Shown here: piece after piece, positions 26,798 through 42,037 of the stretch
How the letters are laid out: every line of letters starts with the position of its first letter
How positions within the stretch are numbered: the first letter of the stretch is position 1
Source: the human T2T-CHM13v2.0 reference genome, Homo sapiens
Strand: one strand, 5' to 3'
Length of the DNA stretch: 64,000 nt
Assembly (NCBI RefSeq): GCF_009914755.1
Contig: NC_060929.1
The notes under the pieces: model-generated
What the model saw: only the letters and a program-made list of their open reading frames with translations
What the model was told of the DNA's origin: nothing
Databases searched by the model: none
Position numbers and translations under genes: made by a program

Positions 26798-29700
26798 ATT
26801 GGGTGTTATTTTCTCAGCAAGATAACTGCTATCTGCTGATTAAGCCATCTCTGTCTCAGTGCTCCTTGGTATCACTTTCTTGTTTTTCTCAATTTATTCA
26901 AAAGTCCTTTCAAGTAGCATTTCTTATTATAACAATACATCATGCAACTCTCTTTTCTGAAACTTAAAATTTTGAAATAAAATTATGTAAAAACAAAATA
27001 CTTGTTTTCATCTTTTTTTTCTTGTGTGTTCAATTTAAGAAAGCAGCAGGCTTAAGGCATGAGTAGTGTTGTTTTGCCTTCTCCATCTATCATTTGCCAG
27101 ATCTGCTCTACTAGAAGTATATTCTTTTGTTTCCAGGATGAGAGTGGAACTCACTGGCCTTAATGCAATCAAGTCATCTTTCTTCTTTATCAAGAACACT
27201 TCTGAGTCCCAGGAAACTGCCAAGTAGCTGCTGTCAGGAGCAGATGCTATTAAGGTTAGAAAACAAAGTTAAAGTGGGAAGTGGATGATCCAATCTTCTT
27301 TTGGGGGAACTGTGTTTACCTTTTTCCAGAAACAGAGCAGCTCTAGTAAATATGCAATAAAAAAGGCAAGCCTGAAAGGACCCCAGAATATGCAGTTTTA
27401 TATTGAAACAGATTTGTCAACTTATTACATATTGGTGTGTTCACATAGTTTTGAATACTCACTATCAAATGCCTTTTAAATTCAGCAGTGAATTCTGCTG
27501 CCGCGCAGATGATTTCAGTTATTATAAAAAAGGACATGCACACATACATATGCATCAGGCAATATCAAAATGATAATGATTGCATTCCAAAGATACCTAT
27601 TTGTTTATAGCCCCAAAGTTTAAATCTCTTTAGTACTCTGGAGATATAGCATTACATTAAAAAGCATTAACATTTAATGACCCTTTCATACTAAACAGGA
27701 AGAAAATAATAGGTACTATAGAAGGAAAGAAAAATAGTTTAAAAGCCTTTTTCCTCACTTTACTCTGACACATATGCTTTCAAACAGTAAAATTGTACCT
27801 GGTATAAGCATAGTAAGTATATGATTCTCATTATTTTGGGAAATGTTACTGTCAAAGCAGAAACATCCTCCAGGATGTGTGATGGTTAACTTATTCTCCT
27901 GTACAATGCATGCTAAAGATTCTGGTACAAATATTGAAAAACATAAGTCATAAACACTGAAAATGTCATAAAAGATATGTTAATTTCATACTCAAACTTT
28001 TACTTTAAAACTATACCTCAAGAAGAATAATTTAAACAGCACAACCCTTTTCTGCACATGGCATTTTTACCTAACCTTGAAAAATAAGTGAGTCTTTTCA
28101 CTCTACAAGACAAGCCCATGGATGGCATATGTTGTTTATCTTAATGGATTTATTCAAATATATTTTAAATTTTCTCTACTTAATGAATATACTAATGCCA
28201 AGTTACCACACAAAGAGTACTTACACTTAACAAAGCCAGCTGTTATTATGATTAAATATTTTGTCAGAAAACATGGAATTATATTTTAACAGAAGTTCAA
28301 AATCATCAAAATCACTTTAATAATACAAAGTATGCATTATCAATCCTTAGTTTACTTGTTTTTATTGCTATTTTTCTCCTTTGCATTTTGATGCCGGAAT
28401 TCCTTCATTAATATACATGAAGATTGTTTCCAAATCTTAATTGCCCACTCAGATACCTGACAATAAAACAGAAGGATCAAGTCAGGTTACTTATTAGTCA
28501 GGCTCAAATGGAATATGGTTTGCTCTCATGTGTAATAACTGTAAATAAAGGCAAGTATCTTTTATAGGTCTATCAAAATCCAAAATGTTGTATGAGCTAC
28601 ACTGATTGATTTATCAAATATTTATATAAGCACCTTCTATGTATTAAATTGCAAGGCTAGGTACTGATGATACCAAAATGAATAATGCATTTCCATTTTT
28701 ATTTTTCATGTCTTTAAATAAATGAACAGACTGGTAGCCATGACTGGCATGTAAATAGATAACAGTAACCATACTGTTAGTATAATATATCCCAGAGCAG
28801 GCATTGGGTGGAGAGTATCCACCTGCTCATAAAGCAGATAGCTGAATTGGGCTTTCAGGTATATACAGAAGTTCACTAGGCAAAAAAAAAAAAAAAAAAA
28901 AAAAGATTCTAAGTCACAAAAAATAATAGGTAAAAAACAAAAATCCCAAAAACAACTTGAAAAATTAAAGGGATTGCCAGAGGTTAGGCAGATATGACAG
29001 GAGTTTTTGGAGGCAAGTGATGAGATGCAGGACATGAGTTGAGAGAAAGAGAGGCAAAGACCACATCATGGAGGCTCTGAAAAAGAAACTGCCCTTTATC
29101 CATAAGACTACCAATCGATGACTCAGGGCATCAGTGGAAATCAGATAAGCATTTTAAGATCAGCTAATTCAGACTTCACAGTGTTTACAATAGAATGAAG
29201 ATCAACAAGAGCAGATCAGAAGACGTTCCTATCAACCAAGTGCAAGGTATTGAGGGAATAAACTGGGACACTGGCTGATATCAAATAGGCAACACATAAA
29301 AGAACATAAACCCAAACTAATTCCCACCTTGGGATCCCAAGATTACACACGTGTGAACCCAAGGGGAACAAAGGGAGATAAAATACAAACAAACAAAAAC
29401 AATTCCTGGGAGTTCAGAGGAAGTATGACCATAATACTGAATGTATAAAAAACGTTTCATTGGCCCTTAAAGTTAGTATAAGCCCCTGATACAAACTACC
29501 ATAATGTGTGTAATACTACTGAACCTAATGTTAATTTTCTGGAAATGGTCAGTCACTTCTTTCTAGTTGCCTCTGTTATTCATTCCACAATTAAAATAAA
29601 ATTTCTTTCAAATCCACAGAAAACATATTAGAAGAAAATACTCGAGATTTTCAATTGGTAAACAATTCATTCAAAAATAACCCACGTAAGTATAAAACAG

Positions 29701-30504
29701 TGTTTTCTACATTTTCTACCTATATTGTACTAGGTTGTTTAAATGATAATATAAGAATATTAAATATTCCTCAAGTTATAACATCATGTTTTCACATTCA
29801 CCTTTCTTGTTGATTTATTGGCAAAGAAGGAAGGATTACTTAAAGGAGCTACAGAATTTGAAGGCCATTTGATTTTCTTTAATCTTTTCTTTTACCATAC
29901 AGAAATCATTTAAATAAGCTACATCTGTAATGGAAACTGTCAATAATGATTAAAGTGGTTTAGCTATCAGGTTACAGAAATTTAAAAGCTACCAACCAAA
30001 GCTAAATATCCAGTTTAAGGGAATTCACATGCTCTTACATTGTAATTGAAATCACGTGAGGGCTATTTACTACGAAATGAAAATGAATGTCTTGTGAGCT
30101 GAGTTAAATATAATTATAAATCTGCATTTCTGAAACTGAAGAAGTATCTCTTTGTGCCAGAGCCCTGACTCAGAGTGTGGACAAGACAACTACAAATAGC
30201 TCGTATATTGTAGGAAAATAATCTGTACAAAATACCAATGTAAACATTATTTATTTTCTAAATGACGTCACTCTTGAAGGCTCTTTTTTTATCATTGCTC
30301 ACAGTCACTTACCTTTGAAAGATCTAATATTCACAGATGTTTTAAATATTTCATTGTCTCTTAAACCAAATGCATTTCTAATATTCAGATTATTAAAAGG
30401 TTTTTCTACCAATGCCACACTCACCACCACCACCCTCTCTGAATTTTTTGTATTATTGTTTTATATTTTGAGGCAAGTAGCTGAGTTTGATTAAAATATA
30501 TTGA

Positions 30505-30660
30505 TGCTTGGGTATGGGCTGAAGAACCACCTGTTGGGTACTATGCTTACTGCCTGCACGATGGGATTGTTGGGACCCCAGGCCTCAGCATCACTCAGTC
30601 TACCCAGGTAACATACCTGCATGTGTACGCTCTAATCTATAATAAAAGTTGAATTAAAAA
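30505..30660 (+). mobile_element. Very short L1PB-type 3' end
   Basis: gggtactatgcttac...cctcagcatcac...aataaaagttgaatt; aaaatata on both sides is a candidate TSD. Confidence 0.75.
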
Positions 30661-32844
30661 ATATATAGAGAGAGAGTGGGCTGAGAGAGGGCTATTCTTG
30701 AATTATTTTTGTACAAATTCCCGTAAGTTCACATTAGAAACTCTCCGAAGAAAACTTGTACATAACTGGAAAATTCTAAAGTCTGGCAAGATATCCCTTT
30801 ACTATATTAGCATAGAAAATCTACTATTGTGTAGTTATAAAAATTTAAGGTTTTACTCAGATATGTTTGTTATTTTCTAGTAAAATAACAACTTCTAGTA
30901 TTTTCCTTAAACATATTTAAAAGAATTTGACTTGATTTAACTGATCACAGAATCTAATAAGTAGCAGCAGGCTATAGGTTTACAAAAAACAGACCTTCTA
31001 GACTTTTTCTAGTCATTTTTTTCTAGTGAGAAAAACATGAATGAAAATCTCTTCTCCCCTTTTTTAACAAGGGAGAAACTTAGGGATCAGAGGATAACAT
31101 CTGTGGGTGATGACATGGCGTCATCCACTTCATGTTTACTCTGCCAGAAACATTTCCATCTTATGTGAAGGTCCTTTGGATAAGAATCTACCCAAGAAGG
31201 TATCAAAAGGTTCTCAGTGTCAGAATTAAGTTTTAACAACATGGAGAGCAAAGAGAAGTTCATATAAAGAATATATTTCCCTTATGTACAGCTTTACTGG
31301 TTTTACTCTAGAATAAATTTGAAAAAGAATATATGTTGCATTTCAGGCTTGTTTGCTCTTTAGAAAGTAGGAAACCAGCCAAAGTCTTGTTGGTTATGAT
31401 TTAGAACTACAATTGGAACCCTAATCACCATATTTCTACCTCTTTAATTGGAGTCAGCTGAATCCTCAACTGACTCCTCAGCCAGAAAAAGCTTTCATTA
31501 ACATCAGGGTAAAGCTTGGTATATTAGGATGTTCAAGAAGATATATAATTCAGGAACATCTTTCTTACATGAGAAGGAGTAGAGTTTCCTGAGTGAGAAA
31601 AGTGATGGTATAGAGAGGTGGAGGGAGAAGGGTCCATTGAATTAAGTAGGTGGAGTGAGCAGTCAGAGTTAAATTACAGTGTAAAATCCAAGGTTGTCTT
31701 GTCCCTTGCCTCTTTCTCTTGCAAGGAAACCATATTTATCAGTTCTGCTCCATCTTCTGTAATGCCTTAAGTTGCTTCACTAACTGCTGAGTAAAGAGTG
31801 CCCAGCATGCAGTGGAGCTCGCTGTGGAGTCAGACTAGGGAAGATAATACAATGCCATGTACTGAATGATAGCACCCATTTCCTATTGAACCGGTGAGGC
31901 TCACTTGGACCACTAGACAGCGTGGACCAGAGACCAGCAGGACACTCCCCAATTACAAAAGCCCATCATTCTCTTCATCTTTCTCAATGACCTATAGTGT
32001 ATTAGGAAACAACCTACCCGCTTCTTGACCGGCCATAGGTCAGAAAAGATAGAGGTTGGTCCTCCCGAATTATTTACATCTGTCTGGAAAATAGAAACAC
32101 TATTTTTACCCTTAGCATCCTTCTTCACCTCTCTGAGAGGCAAGCATTTAAGAAAAAAGGGGTGAGAAAATGAGAAGTTTTTCTCAACTCTAGCAAAATA
32201 TTTTTTTCTGTGATGCTACATGCAATCAACAAGTATACAATGATTTTTAATACATCCCGCATGTGCTAGACCATGTGCAGAGATATAAGGGAAAATAAAA
32301 TATAAAATATTACAGCCACTTAGAATCTATTTAAGTGTCAAGACATGTATGGCATGATTAGAAAATATGGGAAAATACATAACTGAATGTTAAATTCTAT
32401 AAGAATTCAGAACTAGTAAGCAAAGCTTTTAATGCTTGCAATGGTGTGGGAAGTCTTTCTATAGAAGGTAAGACTTGAGGAAAACCTAAAAGAAAATGAA
32501 TATAAATATAAGTATCCTACTACCTACTCTCCAAAAATAATGAGAGAGAGAGGATTGACCTCACTTTTTCACCATGCCGTAATTCAAAATCATTTCTTTC
32601 TTATATAAGCAAGCCAGGGAAATAGAGCCTCGGGTAAAATTCCACTCTGCAAACTCCTACACATCTCTAGGAAATATATGTCCCCTTTTCTTTTAAGCAG
32701 AAGAGTCAGTAGGATTTTCTTACCTTTGACACACAAAAAGAGCTGAACTTCAATTTATCTATCTCTTATCCTTGCAATGGAGGAAAGAATAAAATTCTTT
32801 TGTGTGGAAGCTGGATTTATTATAAAGTTCTATCTTGTGCTATG

Positions 32845-32955
32845 ACTTTGCACTTTACATATCCTTTCTTTTATTTTTCAAAATAATTTTAACAAATAGA
32901 TGTTACTATCCCTGTTTTATTGTTGATGAAATTGAAGTTGCAAGAGGTTAAGGAA
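32845..32955 (-). mobile_element. MIR remnant
   Basis: atccctgttttattgttgatgaaattgaag..agaggttaag antisense MIR core. Confidence 0.55.
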
Positions 32956-35059
32956 CCCTGGATAGGATAAAGATTATTTTCTCTTACACTCCAATGCTTA
33001 TACTCTTCCTTTTATCTCATGTTTTCATTATAAAGAACAAAAATCTTGGGGATGGTGGGATAGTTTTATAAATATCCTATCTTTCTGAGAAGGGAAATAA
33101 CAGCACTCCTTAGAAAAACTTTTATGAGAAATACTCCTTGCATGTAACTCCCCCTGAGATCATGGCCCCTTCCAGATTCTTCCCTATCCCCTTCTGGATT
33201 CCATGGCCCAAATCCAGATCACATACTTACACACCCCCAACATCCGATGACAGCTAAGTAGACATGGGGGTTGTCCTCCCTTCCTAGATATATAAAGCTA
33301 TTGGCATAAAGCTATCCAAGTTGTATTACTCATAAGTGTCCTATTTACAAATGTGTTTGTTCAAATGTGTATAGAAAATACTTGTTAAACAATGCTACAA
33401 GTATTTAAATGAAAGGTTTCTCTGATTCCTTAATAAGCTAATGTGTAATGTGATACTACTAAAAAAACAAACATTATGTAGTAGTTCCCAAATGCATTTG
33501 ACCCTCAAATTCTGTTTCAGGGATGGACAGTGGAGGATAGCTTATATCTATTAACATCTAGAGAAAATATTAGTATTTTCTGAAACCTAGTTTTGGAGAT
33601 ATAATCCTAGGAAAGGAGTTGGAAGATGTGAATGTCCATTCTAGGCATTACAGAAGGATCTGACCCTAGAAATGAGTCTAAAAAACAAAATGAAGATCAA
33701 CTGAGTGAGGTAAACTCTTTTGTACTGAGTTGTATCTTTACGGTTTGGAAGAAATTAGCCTAATCCTAGATAGTTCTTTAGGGTCTGACTGACCACTAAT
33801 AACTGACCACTAATAACTAATGGAGCTAAAATCAGGATGGACCAGCCCATGATTCAACTGCAGAGTATTGAGAGAAGATACTATTGAAAACAATTATTAC
33901 TGGCTGGATGAGATGAGAGAAATACAATTTCAGCTGTAAATCTCAAGTCATACTAGAGGGTTGTGGTACATGCCATAAGAAAGAGTAGAGATTTTGCCAA
34001 AGATAGGCAAAGAAGAAGCTGGTGTGGATTCAGTAATCATGACAAGAAGATCCTGGATAAAGAACCAGAATCCACCAATCTCTTTGAGTCGAAACCAGAT
34101 AGCAAACTTTGTGCAGGATCTTTACTGCACATGACCTATTGGGAGAAGGTATGAGGTATAAACCCCTTGGGTATGGCTGAACTGAGGCTAGATAGATCAA
34201 TCCTCTCCTAACAGATTGAAGAATTGGGAGATGCTCACTGTGGCTCCTGTGGAAACCTTAGCATCATGATATCCCTGATTACCATGACATTACTAATTAC
34301 CTAGAGAGTGATGGCTAATTTTTTACCTAAACTGATCTCCCACTAGAATTTATGCAAGGGGAAGTGGCTACAAGTCTCTGGTGGGGAAATTTTTCACATT
34401 TCTAATTGGGAACTCAGTATAGCATACGCTAACTTCCCAGAAAAGAAACCTGATGATTGAGTAAGTCAGTTGACACTAAACTTATACATGTATTCTTTAA
34501 ATCTAGGACACAAAATTAAAAGTTAAATACATTTAAATTAACATTAAATTAGTTAAAATACATTTAAACCCCCAACACTTCACTTGCAGTCACAAGAAGT
34601 ATCTCTCCTTTAAATTTACATTGTCTCTTTCTCTGATTATTTTTCTCCTACCTTCTACAGCTAGATATGCAACTGAAGAGAAAAGCCAACCTTTCAGCCA
34701 TATCTGAACACTTTAGAACCACAAAATTTAATGTATCAATGAATATGAAATAAAAACACATAATAGAATAATAACCAGTGCTGAAGTCCTGGAAAATTAA
34801 CTCTAGAATAACCTGGACATAGTCTGGGAACTAACATAATAAACCTTATTATATTTTTTCCTCTGAATTGAATTATTCCACATACATTTTAGCCACCTGA
34901 CTAATTAAATAAAAAATGGTCTTATTTTAGTAATGAGTATCTGCAGCATGGAGAGACTAACTAACCTCAGTCATGAACCAGGTAAATCGGAAGGAATTAA
35001 ATTCATGTTGTTACATCAAGTCTTAAATCATAAAGACAATGGGTGGCAAAACCTGGCTA

Positions 35060-35371
35060 GCTGTGCACCAGAAAGTTTCCCTTTTCCTCTTGGGCACACA
35101 GGTAGTCCATATTTACCAGCCTTCTTTGTTGTGAGTGTAGCCACAAGTTCAAGTCTTAGAGAATGGAATATAGGCAGAAGCAATGTACACCACCTCCAGG
35201 CCTAGCCTATAAAATCCTTGTCATGAAATCTTTCATTTACTTTTCCCATCTACTACCTCTTTCCCAGACACAAAGAGTAAGAAGTACCATATTATTGCTT
35301 CAAGTCATTGACATTGGAGGACTTTTTATTATTTCATATCTTTTCATAAATTAGCACGCCCTGATAATACA
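35060..35371 (+). mobile_element. MaLR LTR remnant (MLT1J/I-like)
   Basis: ttcctcttgggcacacagg..catatttaccagcc, ending ccctgataataca. Confidence 0.55.
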
Positions 35372-37044
35372 GAAAAAAAACTTGTGATATTGTAATAAAA
35401 ATGAATGTTTCCTCATTTGCTGCTAGGATTCAAATTAACTCCTATCTTTCCTAATGTTGACATCTTCTTTATAGACCAAAATGGAATATGGCTCCACTGC
35501 TATTGGTCTTTCATAGGTCAAATGATGCAAAGTTGGATCCCAGAAATGAAAACTTAGAATCAATATGTTGACCTCTGCTATCCAATTTATGATTCAGGGA
35601 TAATAAACATTTTTCAACGTCATAAAAATCCTTACAAATCAGGAGCTTTTTATTTTCCTCTTCTGATTTACAGAGTAATATCTCAATACAATTGTTATTA
35701 CTTTTCTGTGTAAATGTGGCTTCACCTTTGTATGTCCTATTTTAAAAATATATTTATAACTTTTTAAAAATATATAGAGAAAACCCAGTTGACAGTAAAA
35801 TATCAATAAATGCATCGTTTTCAAAAATGGAAAGTTGTCTCTCAAAATGATATGGATATGAGTACATTCTTATTTGGGGGAGTTAGGACTGCTGCATGAT
35901 ACACAGGCATATTTTACATTCTTTTTGAAAATTTGTCTTTTGGCTTTATGTCAATGAGATAATAAGGTGGTCTGGCTTAAAATTATAAGCTCAAATTGAG
36001 TTTAGCAAAACTGAATTGTCTTGTTGTCTTCATAGAATCTATATCTTACCATAAGCTGCAACAGAGTTGAGAAGGATCTGTTCAAAATTGCTACAGATTT
36101 TAAAAAAAAGTTGTAATTATTTTCTGTGTGAGTCTATTCATTCCTGATTGCTACTTGAGTGGTCTCAAGACTCTTAAGATAAGAAAGTGACTTATTCCTT
36201 AGGAGCAATTACCCAACTCATATGAGAGAACAAATTTGAGAAACAAACTCATTTGTGACATATTCCTAACCCTGTTTAATGTGGACGCCCTGAAAATATA
36301 TTGTTTCCAAATCCACAAAATTACACTAGATCATGAAAACAGCAGGGATATGTGTCCTGTGGAAACAGATGCACACAGAAAAGTGTTTACAGAAAATGAA
36401 GGGGGTATAATTTGCTGAAGACAAGTTCAATGACTAAAACACAGACTGTTCAAAACATTATTGTGCCTAATTGGTAGGCCCTCAATTTCCACCTCATCAT
36501 GATAAAAATTATGCTTTTTCATATTTGAAAACTATTATATTCTGTTTAAATATATTTTCATTTATATTTTCTAAAATGGCTATTATCCCTTTAAAAAGCG
36601 AGAGCAGATGTGGAAGAAAACACAAAGCATGTTAGACACACCAAGAAGGGAATATAAAGCAGAAATTAAGAGTCATACTGTCCTTATTTTGGTGATGTGT
36701 TGAGAAGGAAAGTGATCAATTTAGAATCATTCTGGCCTCACCTGACAAAGCACACTGGCGTAAGTCTGCATCCTCAGGGAAGAAGCGAGAAGCTGTCTTT
36801 CATTATGTGTGCACATGTACACACACATACAGTTCTGCTTGGCAACTCATACTTGTATGGAAATTCATATGTCCTCCAAGGTGAGGCACTTTTTAAGTTT
36901 CATGAAGGTCCATCTAGGCCAACAGAGTCCTTTAACTTGGCTAAGTTACCCTGAGTTCCTAATGCCAAAATTCTAGGGTTAGCATGTGTGCAGTGAAAGT
37001 GTAATTGGCTGTGAAGCAACAATTTAAAAAGCACTGAAATTAGT

Positions 37045-37190
37045 CACTAAATATGGATTCTAGTTCCCACTCCATCATCACTAATCACTGTGACCCTCAG
37101 CCTTCTCATCATAGACATACTTCCATTTAACCTACCATAAAGGGTGGTTGTATGCCTCAAATGAGATAAAATAATCACATCAAAAGCTAT
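37045..37190 (+). mobile_element. MIR remnant
   Basis: ggattctagttcccactcc..ctgtgaccc..ggttgtatg..aaatgagataa. Confidence 0.55.
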
Positions 37191-38861
37191 AAAGAGGCAA
37201 AGAAGGTGATGTAAATTTAGAAGAGTAAAAACTACCTTTCTTTACTTTCTTACTATTTATGAGTCAACAGAATAAAATTTTTTCTCAATAAAAAGATTAG
37301 AGAGAAGGAGGGAAGAGGGATGACTACATGCAGCCAGAAGGAACACCTAGCACTGAAGGAAGGGGACATTGGGAAGACTAGCAAACTCTGAGCATATCTT
37401 TGGAGAGAAGGCATTGAGAGTGGATGGAGGGAGGACACAGATGCTGGCTGAAGGGGGAGGAAACTGGGAACCCTGCACAGTGATACCATGCACCAGGACT
37501 CATTCTTGGCCCCTAGTGACTCTTGGGGAAGAGGTGAGTTGAGTAGGCAAGGAGCAACCTGCTCTTGCCATGGACCTCTGAAAACATGGGAGCAGGAGAC
37601 CCCATGACCACCACAGACATTTGAGCTAGAAGGGAGAGATGCTTAGAGAGGTGGTAGGAGCAGAACTCCAGCTGCTGCAGAGTTCAGAAGGTTTGGTGCA
37701 GGAATGTCTGCAGTGGAGCACGGGCAGGGATGCCCATACCCCAAGGCTCGCCTTGCTTCCCTAGGAGATTTTAGCCTTAGAGGAACTGTGGCCCCAACCA
37801 GAGCAAGGTGATCTTGCCTGTGAAACAGGGCTGGTCCAACCTGAGGGTCCCATTGTCTGCTGGCCTCTCTCAGGGCCCCAGCCTGAACAGTGCCAGCTTG
37901 CCATAAAGCCTTGGATGCCCAGCCAGGGTGCCTCCTGGGGCCCCCATTATAGTTTTTGTGCTGGCGGACCACACCTGACCATCAGAGAACTCCAACAGCA
38001 TGGCCCCTGCAGATGCACACCAGCCTACCCACACCCTAGCGCCACTGCATCCTCCCTTATGCTGCTTTGCCAGCACACACTTGCCCACAACCACCCCCAA
38101 CACCGCTTCACCTGCATGCATGTGCATTGGTAGACCTCGCCTCTCCTTCCTGGCTGGTGTGCATGTGCACATGCACCCCACCATGACACTGCTGCTGATG
38201 TAAGCACATCCTGCCCACCCCGCCATATTAGCATTGCCAGCACGAGCACATGTACAGAGACCAGTGGCCTCACCCCCTGTGCTTCCCCACCACTGCTGCC
38301 AGCATGAAGGTACCCACAGGAGGTGCTGGCTTAACACCCACCAGTAACCTACCACTGCACTGATAACACCACTGTCATGAACATGCACACAGATGTCACT
38401 GGCTCCACCTCACACCAGAGACTGCACCACCAATGCCACCATTATGAATGCCTGCATGGAGGGAAGCAGGCCTTCATGCCAGTCATTGAGTGTGCCCAGC
38501 CCCAGCCAATGAATGTGCACCCTGCCACAATACTGCTGCTGCTGGGGTGTAGAAATGAGCATAGATCCCGCTATCGGCCCCCAACAAAGCACTTTGGCTG
38601 GCACCACCCATCAGAGTGTTGTGCCTAGTGGGCCAAGAACACCTCAATCCCACCAGCACAGCAGTTTCCTAACCCCCAGAGGCAAGAGAAAAAAGTTGGG
38701 AGCCTGCTACCAGCCCCCTAGATGGAGCATGCAGTCCAGGAGTCCTGAACTGAAACATGGCCCAGTAAAATCTTCCAGCAATGAAGCCAGTCAACTGAGT
38801 CCACATTATACTACAACTAAACCCCCAAGGACACCAAAAAAGATAAAACAAAAAGAAACCC

Positions 38862-39173
<312 letters not shown>

Positions 39174-41692
39174 TCAAAGGACAACAACTTCAAAGACTGA
39201 AGGAACATCACCCCACAGAGATGAGAAAAAAACAGTACAAGAACTCTGGCAACTCAAAAAGCCAGAGTGTCATGTTACCTCCAAACAACTGCCTTAGTTC
39301 CCCAGCAATCATTGTTAAATAGGCTGAATTGGCTGAAATGAAAGAAATAGAATGCAGAATATGGATAAAAACTAAGATCATCAAGATTCAGGAGAAAGTC
39401 TAAACCCAATCCAAAGATTCTAAGGAAAAAAAAAAAAATACGGGAGATGAAAGACAAAATGGCCATTTGAAGAAAGAACCAAACGGATCTGATAAAGCTG
39501 AAAAACTCATTTCAAGTATTTCAGAATACAATTGCAAGTATTAACAGCATGATCATCCAAGCTGAGGAAAGACTCTCTGAGCTCAAACACTAGCTCTCTG
39601 AAATAACTAAGTCAGAAAGAAATAAAGAAAAAACAAAGAAGAATGAACAAAACCTTCGAGAAATATGGGATTACGTAGAAATGAAATCTATGACTCACTG
39701 GTGTCCCTGAAGGAGAGGGAAAGAAAGCAAGCAACTTGAAAAACATATTTCAGGATATCATACATGAAGACATCCTCAACTTTGCTAAACAAGCCAGTGT
39801 TAAAATTCAGGAAATGTGGAGGATCCTTGTGAAATACTATACAAGAAGATCACCCCCAAGATACACAGACATCAGATTCTCCAAGGTTGAAATACAATAA
39901 AAAATGGTAAAGGCAGCTAGAGAAAAGGGGCAGGTAACCTATATAAAAGAAACCCCATAAAGCTAAAAGCAGAACATTCAGTAGAAACCCTACAAGTCAA
40001 AAGAGATTGGGGGCCTATATTTATAATTATTAAAGAAAAGAATTTCGAACCAAGAATTTCATATCCAGTCAAACTAAGCCTCATAAGTGAAGGAGAAATA
40101 AGATTCTTTTCATATAAGCAAATTCTAAGGGAACTCATGACCACCAGGCCTGCCGTATCAGAAATTCTGAAGGGTGTGCTAAATATGGAAAAGAAAAACA
40201 TTACCAGCCACTACACAAACACACACACACAAGCTAGAAAACTTACAAGAATTGGTTAAATTTCTTGAAGAATAACGAAACTATAAAACAACCGCACAAA
40301 GTCTGCATAATAACCAGCTAACAACACAATGACAGGATCAAATCCACCTGTACCAATACTAACCTTGAATGAAAATGGACGAATGCCCCAATTAAAAGGC
40401 ACAGAGTGGCAACTTGGAAAAAGAAGCAAGACCCACTGGTATACTGTTTTCAAGAGACTCATTTCACATGCAATGACACCCAGAGGTTCAAAGTAAAGGC
40501 GTAGAGAAAAATCTACCAAGCAAACAGAAAACAGAAAAAAAGCAGGAGTTCCTAGTCCAATTTCAGACAAAACAGGCTTTAAACAAACAAAGGCATTACA
40601 TAATGGTAAATAACTCAACAAAAAGACTTAAGTATCTTAAATAAATATGCACCCAACACAGGAGCACCCAGATTCATAAAGCAAGTTCTTAGAGACCTAT
40701 AAAGAGATTTGGCAAACCACACAATAATAGTGGGAGACTTCAACGTCCTACAGACAGTATTAGACAGATAATCAAGACAGAAAACTAACAAAGATATTCA
40801 GCACCTGAACTTGACACTTAACTGAATGGACCTAATGGACATCTACAGAACTCTCCACCCCAAAACAACAGCATATACATTCTTCTCATCTGCACATGGC
40901 ACATACTCTAAAATCAACTATACAATTGGACATAAAATACTCAGCAAATTCAAAGAAACAAATTGTACCCACCACACTCTTTGACTACTGCACAATAAAA
41001 ATAAAAATAAATACAGAGAAAATCGCTCAAAAGCATATGACTACATGGAAATTAAGCTATCTGCTCCTGAATGACATCTGTGTAAATAATGAAATTAAGG
41101 CTGAAATTAAGAAATTCTTTAAAATTAATGAGAACAAAAATACCACATACCAGAACCTCTGGAGCACAGCTAAAGCACTGTTAAGAGGGAAGGTTATAGC
41201 ATGAAAGGCCCACATCAAAAAGTTAGAAAGATCTCAATCTAAGAACTTAACATCTCAACTAGAGGAACTAAAGAAGCAAGAGCAAAAAAACCCTGAAGCT
41301 AACAGAAGATGAGAAATAACCAAAATCAGCTGAACTGAATGAAATTGAGGCATGAAAAACCATATAAAAGATCAATGAATGTGTGAGTTGGTCCTTTGAA
41401 ACAATAAATAGGATAGACAGGCCACTAGCCAGACTAATAAAGAAAAAAATAGAGAATAGCCAAATAAACGCAACTGGAAATGACAAAGGGTATGTTTCCA
41501 CTGACCCCACAGAAATACCAAAAACTTTCAGAGACTATTATGAGCACCTCTGTACACACGGAGCTAGAAAACAGAATTGGATAAATTCCTGGAAACATAA
41601 AACCTCCCAAGATTGAACCAGGAAGAAATTAAACCTTGTAACAGACCAATACAACTTCTGAAATTGAAGCAGTAACAAAAAGCCTACCAACC

Positions 41693-42037
41693 TGTATTAG
41701 TCTGTTTTCATGCTGCTGATAAAGACATACCTGAGACTGGGCAATTTACAAAAGAAAGAGGTCAACTTGGACTTACACTTTAACGTGGATGAGGAAGCCT
41801 CACAATCAAGGAGGAGTAAGTCATGCCTTACATGGATGGCAGGAGGCAAAGAGAGAGAACTTGTGCAGGGGAACTCCTATTTTTAAAACCATCAGATCTC
41901 TTGAGATCCATTCACTATCATGAGAACAGCATGGAAAAGATTTGCCCCCGTGATTCAATTACCTCCCCCTGAGTGCCTCCCACAATATGTGGGAATTCAA
42001 GATGAGATTTGAGTGGGGACACAGCCAAACCATATCG
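41693..42037 (-). mobile_element. THE1B/C-like solo LTR nested in L1 ORF2
   Basis: tgtattagtctgttttcatgctgctgataaagacatacc ... acagccaaaccatatc; 5-bp TSD caacc at 41688-41692 and 42038-42042. Confidence 0.93.
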
